Positions 38,078 through 47,022 of a stretch of 64,000 bases of DNA are shown in pieces (position 1 is the stretch's first letter; each line of letters opens with the position of its first letter). The notes beneath the pieces were generated by a model. That model made no database searches and was not told the origin of the DNA. It was given only the letters and a program-made list of their open reading frames with translations. Position numbers and translations under genes: made by a program. Source of the stretch: Candidatus Pelagibacter sp. (GTDB lineage: Bacteria > Pseudomonadota > Alphaproteobacteria > Paracaedibacterales > CAIOTO01); contig PNMQ01000004.1 in assembly GCA_013823725.1 (NCBI GenBank), positions 207,231-271,230 on the forward strand, in the 5' to 3' direction.

Positions 38078-39907
38078 TCAGATTCTTATGTCGTACTTGG
38101 AACTTTTAGATGTTTCACTATTAATGATTCGAGGCATAGGTGTCGTATTATTTTGTGTCGATGTCTCTATCTTTAGTGATGGTGTATTATTGGTTTGAGG
38201 TAAGCTGATTTGTTGCTCCTTTATTTTTGGGGCATTTGTTATTGTTGGACTGTTTGTTTGAATTGCCGTATTACTTTGCTTTAGTGGTTTGAAAGCTTCT
38301 GGTGAATCGCTTTTTTGAGGCTGTGCAATGATTTGTTTTTGGGCTGAAGTTGAAATTGCTGTTGGTGTGCTTGCAGGTATTAGTATTGGGGCTTGTATTT
38401 CTGAAGGCTTAACATCATTTTTAGGTCCAGGAGTGTTGGAGAGCACTTCTGTTTTTCCAATTGTTGAATTTTTAATAAAATCATCTGAATTTGAATATAA
38501 TATGTCTTGCGTAACACATATAGTATCGCCAGGTATAACGGTTGTTCCAGTGTCTATGATCTTGCCCAAATAAACTTTTGCATTGCTTCCCTTTTTAATA
38601 CTTTGAATGTAGTATGATTTTTTTGAAAAACTTTTATCAAAGAGTTGATTATATACATAGATTTCTCCAGCGTTTAGGCTTGGATTCTTTTTTTGAGGAT
38701 TTTTAAAATCGAAGGTTATGAAATAAGGACCATTTCTAAAAATGCACAACGTTTCTTGAGTTGAGGAATTGTGACTTATCTTTTGAATATCTTGATATGT
38801 TGTTAGTAATGGATTATGAGTAAAAGTACCGCTAGAATCTTTTGGGTGTTTTGGTTGTTCTTGTTCGACATATGTAATGTTAGATAATATCTTTTTTGCT
38901 TGCTCTGTATTCATGCTGAATGAATGTTTTGACCCTTTGTGTGTATATTCTATAGTATGAGGTGCTTCGGTTCCTTGAACATATATAAATGATAGAATTT
39001 GGCCTTTTTGATTTTGATGCTGTTCATCTTCATCGCTATTTTTTCCAATAGTGCCAGTTTGTTCAATTTGATTTTTTGATTGAAACTCTTCAGATTTATT
39101 ATTAGTAGTGGTTATATTATCTGATCTTAGAGTTGTTTCTGTTTCCTTTTCTGTATTGATCGAAGAATCATTTGGATTTTTTTCAAGAAGCTTTTTTTCA
39201 AGATTTGCTAGTCTTTGTTCAAGATTTTTGATGTGTTCAGAATTTTTATTTGATTTCCTGCGATTCTTTTTGCTGCGCTTCTCGTTTTTAATGACATCTA
39301 TTTTTTGTTTTTCATTTTCATTTGACATGGTTGGTGTTGACTCTGTCTGATTTTTTTTTTCCATTAACTCCTTGGTGTCATTTTTTTCCGAAATGTTTTT
39401 TTCTAAAAGCGCGTCGCTTGTCTTTTCTTCTGAAGTTATTGTTTTCTTACTTGTTTGTTCAGTAGAGTTTTCTAAAACATCAGTAGTTTCCCCTTCTTTT
39501 TCTGTTATCTTTGTTTCACTTTTTTCAATAGTTTCAGCACTTCTGTAAATTTGTTGATTCTCAGCAATTGGTTTTGTTTTAAGATCTTGTATAAATAAGT
39601 CTTTATCTGTAATGCTGCTTTGGCTTAAGATGTTTTGTGGTTGTTGTTTAGAGTATGGGATGAAGTTATGGGGAAACAATTTTTGATATGTTCCATCATA
39701 AAAGCCTTGCTCCGATAGAGAAGTTGGTTTTTTCTTTTTGATTCTATAGCCTTTTGAAGATAAATACCTTGTGTTTCTTTCAGTACTAAAAGCATCCTGA
39801 TAATCTAGAACGTAAACGGTTGATACGTATGTCGCCATTATAAGGAGCGATTTAAAAGCAGCCCTTATTTTTTTGGATTCTTTTTTTTTATTGATATGAA
39901 GAATCAC
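38078..39907 (-). CDS. Hypothetical exported low-complexity protein
   Basis: 609-aa ORF, N-terminal hydrophobic segment, K/E/T/N-rich linkers, one globular region with two Cys; start uncertain. Confidence 0.7.
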   Translation of the reverse strand: MILHINKKKESKKIRAAFKSLLIMATYVSTVYVLDYQDAFSTERNTRYLSSKGYRIKKKKPTSLSEQGFYDGTYQKLFPHNFIPYSKQQPQNILSQSSITDKDLFIQDLKTKPIAENQQIYRSAETIEKSETKITEKEGETTDVLENSTEQTSKKTITSEEKTSDALLEKNISEKNDTKELMEKKNQTESTPTMSNENEKQKIDVIKNEKRSKKNRRKSNKNSEHIKNLEQRLANLEKKLLEKNPNDSSINTEKETETTLRSDNITTTNNKSEEFQSKNQIEQTGTIGKNSDEDEQHQNQKGQILSFIYVQGTEAPHTIEYTHKGSKHSFSMNTEQAKKILSNITYVEQEQPKHPKDSSGTFTHNPLLTTYQDIQKISHNSSTQETLCIFRNGPYFITFDFKNPQKKNPSLNAGEIYVYNQLFDKSFSKKSYYIQSIKKGSNAKVYLGKIIDTGTTVIPGDTICVTQDILYSNSDDFIKNSTIGKTEVLSNTPGPKNDVKPSEIQAPILIPASTPTAISTSAQKQIIAQPQKSDSPEAFKPLKQSNTAIQTNSPTITNAPKIKEQQISLPQTNNTPSLKIETSTQNNTTPMPRIINSETSKSSKYDIRI

Positions 39908-40195
39908 TTATCATCAACCAAATTTATATATTATTTTACTTTATAATCAAATACTTTTCTTAATTAATGATTAATTTATTCAAAAAATAGCCGTTTCTTC
40001 TTAGTCTTTCTTATATAATGAATGTTTGTGAATTATTACCCTTGTGATATAATAGGAATTATTTTTCAAAAATAGTATCCTGTTCCCCTATTTTAACTTT
40101 TTATTCAGATAATCGTCAGATACTTATTTTATCAGAACGTTTTTATCTGAGTTTTAAAAAACGAGTTAGAGCCTTTTAATGAGAAAAATTTTAAT

Positions 40196-41470
40196 ATGAC
40201 AAAAAATAATTTTACAGATAATAAAAATACTTTATCGTGTTCATTTTGCGGAAAAAGTCAGTTTGAAGTTAAGAAATTGATTGCTGGTCCAGCAGTTTTT
40301 ATATGCGATGAGTGTGTAGAGCTTTGCACTGATATTATCAAAGAAGAAAGCTTTTCTACAAAACTAATATCTGGAGATAAAGTCCCTGCACCACAAGACA
40401 TTTGTAATGTGCTCAATGACTATGTTATTAGTCAAGAGAGGGCTAAGAAAGTGCTTTCTGTAGCCGTTCATAACCATTATAAACGTCTTGAAATGATGGA
40501 TAATAGCAGTAAGGACGATGTTGAAATATCTAAATCAAATATTCTTTTAATCGGACCTACTGGAAGTGGTAAAACTTTACTTGCTCAAACTTTGGCTCGT
40601 ATTATTGATGTTCCATTCACTATGGCTGATGCTACTACTCTTACAGAAGCGGGTTATGTTGGTGAAGATGTTGAAAATATTATTTTAAAACTTCTTCAGG
40701 CCGCCGATTATAACGTCGAAAAGGCTCAAAGAGGAATTGTGTATATCGATGAGGTCGATAAAATTTCGCGTAAGTCAGACAACCCATCTATTACTAGAGA
40801 TGTTTCTGGTGAAGGTGTCCAGCAAGCCTTGCTGAAAATAATGGAAGGTACGGTTGCTTCTGTTCCTCCTCAGGGTGGGCGCAAACATCCGCAACAAGAA
40901 TTTTTGCATGTTGACACTACTAACATTCTTTTTATATGTGGTGGCGCATTTGCTGGTATCGATAAAATCATCGCAGATAGAGGTGATAGTTCTTCTATTG
41001 GTTTTGAAGCAAATGTCATGGCACGTGAAGAGATTAAAACTAAGGATTTGTTGAAAGATATAGAGCCCGAGGATCTTTTGAAATTTGGTCTAATACCAGA
41101 ATTTATAGGACGCCTTCCTGTTATTGCAACGCTTGAAGATTTGAGTGAAGGGGCTTTAGTGGATATTCTGACAATGCCAAAAAATGCATTGCTGAAGCAA
41201 TACAAAAGACTTTTTGAATTTGAAAACGTTAAGCTAAGCTTTACAGATGATGCCCTTTCTTCTGTTGCTGGTCAAGCAATTGTTCGTAAAACTGGTGCTC
41301 GGGGATTGCGAGCTATTATGGAATCTATTCTGTTAGATACAATGTTTGAGCTTCCCTCAATGAATGAAGTAGAAGAAGTTGTTATTACTAAATCAGCTGC
41401 TGATAGAAAAGGAAAGCCAGATTTAATAATGAAATTAGCTCCATTATCTGACTCAAAAACCGCAAGCTAG
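40196..41470 (+). CDS. clpX: ATP-dependent Clp protease ATP-binding subunit ClpX
   Basis: CSFCGK..CDEC zinc finger, [22 protein letters not shown] loop. Confidence 0.99.
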   Translation: MTKNNFTDNKNTLSCSFCGKSQFEVKKLIAGPAVFICDECVELCTDIIKEESFSTKLISGDKVPAPQDICNVLNDYVISQERAKKVLSVAVHNHYKRLEMMDNSSKDDVEISKSNILLIGPTGSGKTLLAQTLARIIDVPFTMADATTLTEAGYVGEDVENIILKLLQAADYNVEKAQRGIVYIDEVDKISRKSDNPSITRDVSGEGVQQALLKIMEGTVASVPPQGGRKHPQQEFLHVDTTNILFICGGAFAGIDKIIADRGDSSSIGFEANVMAREEIKTKDLLKDIEPEDLLKFGLIPEFIGRLPVIATLEDLSEGALVDILTMPKNALLKQYKRLFEFENVKLSFTDDALSSVAGQAIVRKTGARGLRAIMESILLDTMFELPSMNEVEEVVITKSAADRKGKPDLIMKLAPLSDSKTAS

Positions 41471-41479
41471 TTTTTTGAG

Positions 41480-41523
41480 TCATCTTCTTAAAATGTTTCA
41501 CGTGAAACATTTTAAGAAGATGA
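41480..41523. repeat. 44-bp perfect palindrome centred on parS
   Basis: tcatcttcttaaaatgtttcac|gtgaaacattttaagaagatga. Confidence 0.95.
41494..41509. promoter_or_regulatory. parS: parS centromere site
   Basis: Exact match to the consensus TGTTTCACGTGAAACA; parAB present in the window. Confidence 0.92.
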
Positions 41524-41611
41524 TGATAATTAATAACAAAAATTTAAAAAAAAAAATTTTAAAACTCTCTTTAAAATTTGTAATTATCTTGATTAAATTT
41601 TTATTGATTTT

Positions 41612-41643
41612 AATAGTATGAGAAATTATTTTCTCATACTATT
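41612..41643. repeat. 14-bp perfect inverted repeat
   Basis: aatagtatgagaaa-ttat-tttctcatactatt. Confidence 0.85.
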
Positions 41644-41740
41644 TTTTTATTATTAATAATTTGCATTTCTAAAAATAGATCGTTTGGAGTTTGGATTAAA
41701 ATATAATGGCTAAGAAAATTAAAAACTATTCATGCAGTTA

Positions 41741-41958
41741 TGTGTAAAAAACTAGCTTCGTTGTCCACAATTTTACATTTAAGTTGTTGAATTAATTATC
41801 AAAGCCAGTATTTAGTGTTAATCTAAAATAATGACCTTTAAAATTCATAAATATCCACAAAAGTTAATTAATGAAATTTTTTCAATTACAATGTATCAAG
41901 TGCTGCTTATAAAATAGGGGGATAAACTATTCAATAAAAATAAAAAATCAGTGGACAA
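41741..41958. promoter_or_regulatory. Cluster of DnaA-like boxes
   Basis: TGTGTAAAA 41741, TTGTCCACA 41761, ATATCCACA 41851, GGGGGATAA 41917, AGTGGACAA 41950. Confidence 0.5.
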
Positions 41959-42168
41959 GTTCTTAAATTTTTAATCAGTTCACCTATCGTTTTGTTAGTG
42001 AAATTAATTATAAGTTTTTTGAAAAGAATTAAATAACACAAAGTCTCTTAGATCAAAATTTTTATGCAGTAAACACTAGGTTTAGGGTGGTGTTTAGATT
42101 AATAATACTCTCACAACTTGATTTTTATATGAAAATAGGGTATAAATAAAGTATTGATTCATTTTTAA

Positions 42169-43128
42169 TTGAAACGCCAAGTGATAAAAATTCTTGATTT
42201 TGAACAACCTATTGCAAACCTAGAGCAAAAAATTGAAGAACTGAAAAATCTATCCAATCCTAGTATTAATATTATGGATGAGATTAACATTTTGCAGTCT
42301 AAGGCTGATAAATTACTGAAGCAAACATATCAAAGTTTAAATGCATGGCAAAAAGTCCAAATAGCGCGTCATCAGGATAGACCAAAATTTTTTGATTACT
42401 TAAATGAACTTATTGAAGATTTTATACCATTAGCTGGTGATAGATGCTTTGGAGAAGATCTTGCTTTAATTGGAGGCTTTGGAAAACTTAAAGGTCGTTC
42501 CGTCATGATTATGGGACATCAAAAAGGTACTGATACTGAATCGCGTGTGAAACATTCATTTGGTATGGCAAAACCAGAAGGTTATAGAAAAGCTCAGAGA
42601 TTAATGAAACTGGCCGATCGTTTTAATTTACCTATTATTACCTTTGTAGATACAGCTGGTGCATATCCAGGAATAGAAGCAGAAGAACGTGGGCAAGCCG
42701 AAGCAATTGCTGCGTCCATCCAAATGGGTATTAATGTTAAGGTTCCAATATTGACTATCGTTATCGGTGAAGGAGGTTCTGGTGGTGCAATTGCTATTGC
42801 AACGGGAAATCATATTATGATGCTTGAACATTCCATTTATTCAGTTATATCACCAGAAGGTTGTGCATCAATTCTATGGAGAAGTTCAGCTAAAGCGTCG
42901 GAAGCTTCGGAGGCACAAAAATTAACAGCTCAAGATCTTCTTCAATTGCAACTTATCGATAAAATTATTCCAGAACCAGTAGGTGGTGCCCATAGGTTTC
43001 CACAAGAGACTATAAAAGTAGTTTGTGAAACAATTCATAATTCCCTAGAAACGTTAATTCAAAAGAAAATGGATTACAGAGATCACCGCCGACAAAAATT
43101 CCTCCAAATGGGTCAAGTAGGTTTGTAA
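42169..43128 (+). CDS. accA: Acetyl-CoA carboxylase carboxyltransferase alpha subunit
   Basis: LDFEQPI, ARH..RP, FGM..PEGYRKA.RLM, DTAGAYPG, GEGGSGGA, YSVISPEGCASILW. Confidence 0.98.
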   Translation: MKRQVIKILDFEQPIANLEQKIEELKNLSNPSINIMDEINILQSKADKLLKQTYQSLNAWQKVQIARHQDRPKFFDYLNELIEDFIPLAGDRCFGEDLALIGGFGKLKGRSVMIMGHQKGTDTESRVKHSFGMAKPEGYRKAQRLMKLADRFNLPIITFVDTAGAYPGIEAEERGQAEAIAASIQMGINVKVPILTIVIGEGGSGGAIAIATGNHIMMLEHSIYSVISPEGCASILWRSSAKASEASEAQKLTAQDLLQLQLIDKIIPEPVGGAHRFPQETIKVVCETIHNSLETLIQKKMDYRDHRRQKFLQMGQVGL

Positions 43129-44154
43129 ATGTTTTGCGTAGACTCATCTCTGATTTTTGACTTACTAAGAGAAAACCTTCTAAGTCCCTTTGTGCTAGCA
43201 TTCTTTTTAGGTATTTTGGCAGTCTACCTTAAAAGTGACATGAGATTACCAGATGGGGTATATGTCGTTCTGTCTTTTTTTCTTCTCTTTGCTTTGGGAT
43301 TAAAAGGTGGGGCTCAACTCAGAGAAACGCCCATAATGAAATTAATAGTTCCATTGCTTGGAACTTTCATTTTAGGGTGCTGCTTACCCTTTGTAGCCTT
43401 TTTTTCAGCACGCTTTTCAAAATTATCTCGATCAGATGCCGCAGCATTAGCAGCTCACTATGGTTCTGTTTCGGTTGTAACGGTAATGGCCTCTTTAGTT
43501 TTCGTTGAACGTGTTGGAAATCCTGCAGATGGATTTATGACAGCTTTGACTGCCGTATTAGAAATTCCAGGCATCATTATTGGATTGTTATTGGGAACTC
43601 AAGGAAAGGCGAATTCTTTAAAAAATCCAGGAATATCAAATACAAAAAAACAGAAATCCATTTCTCAAAGGATCAAAGCATTACTTGTTAGCAAAAGTGT
43701 TTTTCTTCTTTTAGGAGGAATGTTTATAGGTATTGTTTGCGGCCAAAAGGGGCTAGAACCAGTTAAACCGTTCTTTGTGGATCCATTTAAAGGTGTGCTT
43801 GTTTTATTTTTATTGGATATGGGAATAGTAGCAGGACAGAGATTAAAGGATGTAGGAGATTTCAAAAAATTTGTTTTGATATTTGGTATATTTATACCTA
43901 TTCTTAATGGTCTGATTGCGTGTTTTTTCGCAAAACTTATGGGTTTTTCAATTGGAAATATGTGCGTTTTTGCGTGTATGGCTGCAAGTGCTTCTTACAT
44001 AGCAGCACCTGCAGCAGTTAGAATGTCGTTGCCACAAGCCAATCCAGGAATATATTTAACATCGTCTATTGCTGTAACTTTTCCGTTTAATTTAACGATA
44101 GGGATCCCCTTATATTATTTCTTCTCACTCTATCTTCAAAAGTGTTTTTATTAA
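43129..44154 (+). CDS. sbtA: Sodium-dependent bicarbonate transporter family permease (SbtA)
   Basis: NLLSP.VL.F.LG, KSD..LP, GLKGG, AAHYGSVSVVT, SASYIAAPAA.R, TFPFN..IGIPLY. Confidence 0.92.
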   Translation: MFCVDSSLIFDLLRENLLSPFVLAFFLGILAVYLKSDMRLPDGVYVVLSFFLLFALGLKGGAQLRETPIMKLIVPLLGTFILGCCLPFVAFFSARFSKLSRSDAAALAAHYGSVSVVTVMASLVFVERVGNPADGFMTALTAVLEIPGIIIGLLLGTQGKANSLKNPGISNTKKQKSISQRIKALLVSKSVFLLLGGMFIGIVCGQKGLEPVKPFFVDPFKGVLVLFLLDMGIVAGQRLKDVGDFKKFVLIFGIFIPILNGLIACFFAKLMGFSIGNMCVFACMAASASYIAAPAAVRMSLPQANPGIYLTSSIAVTFPFNLTIGIPLYYFFSLYLQKCFY

Positions 44155-44302
44155 GATGTGAAATACAACCTTTATCAAGGACCTTCATGTAACTTTAATA
44201 ACTAAATGATCACAAAATTGTTGATGCTCGATTATGGAAATAACATATCAAGTAGACAGGATTACTAAATTTTAGAGAACTATCAAAAATCACTACTTCT
44301 AT

Positions 44303-44458
44303 GAAGCTTTAAATTTTTATCAAAGGGAAGAATTATATTAAATAAAAGCGATTGAGCCTTTTAAACATTCAGGTTGCCTTCACAGTGGGGCTCGTTATTA
44401 TTTATCAATCTGTTATAACAAAGCTCTTGATTTAATATTATTTTCCTCTATATTATAA
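44303..44458 (+). pseudogene. Possible decayed Sel1/TPR gene fragment
   Basis: In-frame reading EALNFYQREELY*IKAIEPFKHSGCLHSGARYYLSICY resembles a Sel1 repeat with an internal stop. Confidence 0.3.
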
Positions 44459-44483
44459 ATATTCAATTTACAAGAGAAATTTT

Positions 44484-45425
44484 ATGTTAAAAAAAACTAT
44501 TTATACAATATTCTTATGCGCAAATCTAGTTGCTTCATCACTCTTTGCTCAAGATTTGAACAGCTATTTGCAGAATACTGAAGAAACAATTATTAGCAAT
44601 TGCCGCTTAGGAAATAGCTTTAATAGTAAACAGGACAAAGTAAGTTCTTTAATGCAAAATAGTTCGACAGAAAATACAGAATTTCAGTCAGCTATAATTG
44701 TTTGGGATGAACAAACGCCTGCGGAGATTTTATCAACACTGTTTTGGATACGTGATAAAAAAGTGCAATATAGAGTGAACCATTCAAACTATGTTCAAAA
44801 CCTGAACGATGAATTTTTTAGATATGGAGTAGAAATCGACCGTAGTTGCATAAAATCTTTAACTACACATAAATACGACAGTGGTGATAGATTGTTTTTT
44901 GTGCCAAATAAGAACGTTAAATGTCACGATGGGCACTATATTTGTATGACAGTTAAACAGTTTTCAGATTCATTTTTTAAGATGAATATGTCTTTTGACG
45001 AATTTAATTCTAAGATTTTTCAGTTTCAGTGTCTGGGAGAAATTCTCCGCGGGCATGATACTAATTCATATATCAGCATACATGAAGACGATTTCTCAAA
45101 TTTTCCTATTGCTGTTAGCTTTGTAATGGCTACAAAATTAATTCAAGCAACTAATTCAGAAGAAGAAATGAATAAATTTTGGCAAGAAGATGGAGCATAT
45201 CATATTTTTAGGGGAGTTAAAAATCCTTATGATTTTGACTTAAGTAGCTCGGCAACAAAAAGAGAAGATAGATTTCAAAATTTACTTAACGCATATTGTA
45301 AGCAATTTGGTTTAAATTTGAATAACCCGTTTCTCATTGCAAAAACCATTGAAAAAGATGCTGAAGAAATTTTTGGCTACACGGATTACTTAAGCGACTT
45401 ATCAAATATTTTCGGAAATATGTAA
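44484..45425 (+). CDS. Hypothetical secreted protein
   Basis: 313-aa ORF with a clear signal peptide (..VASSLFA/Q); no recognisable domain. Confidence 0.75.
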   Translation: MLKKTIYTIFLCANLVASSLFAQDLNSYLQNTEETIISNCRLGNSFNSKQDKVSSLMQNSSTENTEFQSAIIVWDEQTPAEILSTLFWIRDKKVQYRVNHSNYVQNLNDEFFRYGVEIDRSCIKSLTTHKYDSGDRLFFVPNKNVKCHDGHYICMTVKQFSDSFFKMNMSFDEFNSKIFQFQCLGEILRGHDTNSYISIHEDDFSNFPIAVSFVMATKLIQATNSEEEMNKFWQEDGAYHIFRGVKNPYDFDLSSSATKREDRFQNLLNAYCKQFGLNLNNPFLIAKTIEKDAEEIFGYTDYLSDLSNIFGNM

Positions 45426-45442
45426 TTAAATAAAATTCTAAA

Positions 45443-45476
45443 ATTGACACTTTGTATTCATTTATAAAGTGTCAAT
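45443..45476. terminator. Probable bidirectional terminator hairpin
   Basis: attgacacttt...aaagtgtcaat stem between convergent genes. Confidence 0.55.
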
Positions 45477-45510
45477 AAAACTTGATGTTTATAATATATA
45501 AGTAATCATT

Positions 45511-47022
45511 TCAGATGCTGTTTAAAAATTTCTCAGCATCTAGCGCAATTTCACTTTTACGATCTTGAGTCATCTTGTCGGCTACCGAATAAATCATTTT
45601 CATGCGTGGATTTTTTGAAAATTTAGTTTCATGCATAAGAATAAAATTCCAATACAAATAATTAAAGGGGCAGGCTTGTTCCCCTGTTTTTAGTTTCACT
45701 TTATAATGGCATTTGTCACAGTAGTTAGACATTTTTTGAATATAAGCACCACTAGCAGCATAGGGTTTACTGCCCAGATATCCGCCATCTGCATGTAATA
45801 TCATTCCTGTTACATTAGGCAGTTCAACCCATTCATAAGCATCAGCATAGACGATCATAAACCATTCGTTCACTTCATCGGGCGACATACCTGTGATAAG
45901 ACAGAAATTTCCAATGACCATAAGTCTTTGAATATGATGCGCATAGGCATTTTGCTTTGTTTCAGTAATGCACTGTTTAAGGCAATTCATTTTTGTTTGG
46001 GTATCCCAAAAAAATTGGGGTAATGAACGTGAAGCGTTGAGGAAATTACGATTTTTATATTCAGGCATTTTCAGCCAATATATCCCTCTTACGTATTCGC
46101 GCCAACCTATGACTTGGCGAATAAAACCTTCTGCGGCATTTAATGGGATATAGTCTATATAATACGCAGATTCAACACGTTTAATACATTCTAGTGGGTC
46201 TAGCAAACCATTGTTAATGTAGAAACTGATATGTGAATGAAACATCCATGCTTCGCCTTCAATCATGGCATCTTGATAAAGGCCAAAACTGGGTAGCCTA
46301 TGCTGAATAAAATTTTCAAAAACCGCTAAAGCTTGTTCTCGTGTTACAGCAAAATAAAAAGGCATTAAATCACCAAAATGGTCTGCAAATTCCCGATCAA
46401 TCAAGGCTATAACTTCTAATGAAATGGAATCTGGTTCTAATTGAAACGGTTGGGGAACGTTCAAATTTGATGGTGGAGATTTACGATTTTCTTGATCATA
46501 GTTCCACTGACCACCTACAGGTTCATTATTTTCCATGAGGATATTATATTTTTTTCGTAGCAATCTGTACATAAACTCCATTCGAAGTTCTTTTTTTTCA
46601 TAAGACCATTTTTCAAATTCTTCCTTTGACATCAAAAAACGTTTGTCTTCAAGAATTAATACAGGATAATGAGTCGACAAATTTTGAAATTTATCGAGCA
46701 GCCTATAATCGCATGGCCATGTAACGATAATTTCTTCTGCGTTATGTATGTCATAAGCTTTTTTAATTTCAGTGATGAGGCATTGCGAATTATGAGGATC
46801 ATCTAAACGGACATACACAATTTTACAGGTTAAGGTATCTAGTTCCTTTTTAAAATGTCGCATGCAAGAAAGCTGAAAGGCAATTTTTTTCTTATGATGC
46901 TTGATGTAAGTAAATTCATCTTTGGTTTCGCACAATAGAACAACGTCACTTTCAGACAAATCTTTCAAACTTGAAATACTTAAAGAAAGTTGATCACATA
47001 AAATAACACGAAGTTTAGGCAT
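45511..47022 (-). CDS. FeS-BCP cryptochrome/(6-4) photolyase (Agrobacterium PhrB / Rhodobacter CryB type)
   Basis: DQL, HHKKKI, GGQWNYD.ENR, YAHHIQRLM, DAYEWVELPN; four 4Fe-4S Cys (MNCL, YCDKC, ACPF). Confidence 0.93.
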   Translation of the reverse strand: MPKLRVILCDQLSLSISSLKDLSESDVVLLCETKDEFTYIKHHKKKIAFQLSCMRHFKKELDTLTCKIVYVRLDDPHNSQCLITEIKKAYDIHNAEEIIVTWPCDYRLLDKFQNLSTHYPVLILEDKRFLMSKEEFEKWSYEKKELRMEFMYRLLRKKYNILMENNEPVGGQWNYDQENRKSPPSNLNVPQPFQLEPDSISLEVIALIDREFADHFGDLMPFYFAVTREQALAVFENFIQHRLPSFGLYQDAMIEGEAWMFHSHISFYINNGLLDPLECIKRVESAYYIDYIPLNAAEGFIRQVIGWREYVRGIYWLKMPEYKNRNFLNASRSLPQFFWDTQTKMNCLKQCITETKQNAYAHHIQRLMVIGNFCLITGMSPDEVNEWFMIVYADAYEWVELPNVTGMILHADGGYLGSKPYAASGAYIQKMSNYCDKCHYKVKLKTGEQACPFNYLYWNFILMHETKFSKNPRMKMIYSVADKMTQDRKSEIALDAEKFLNSI

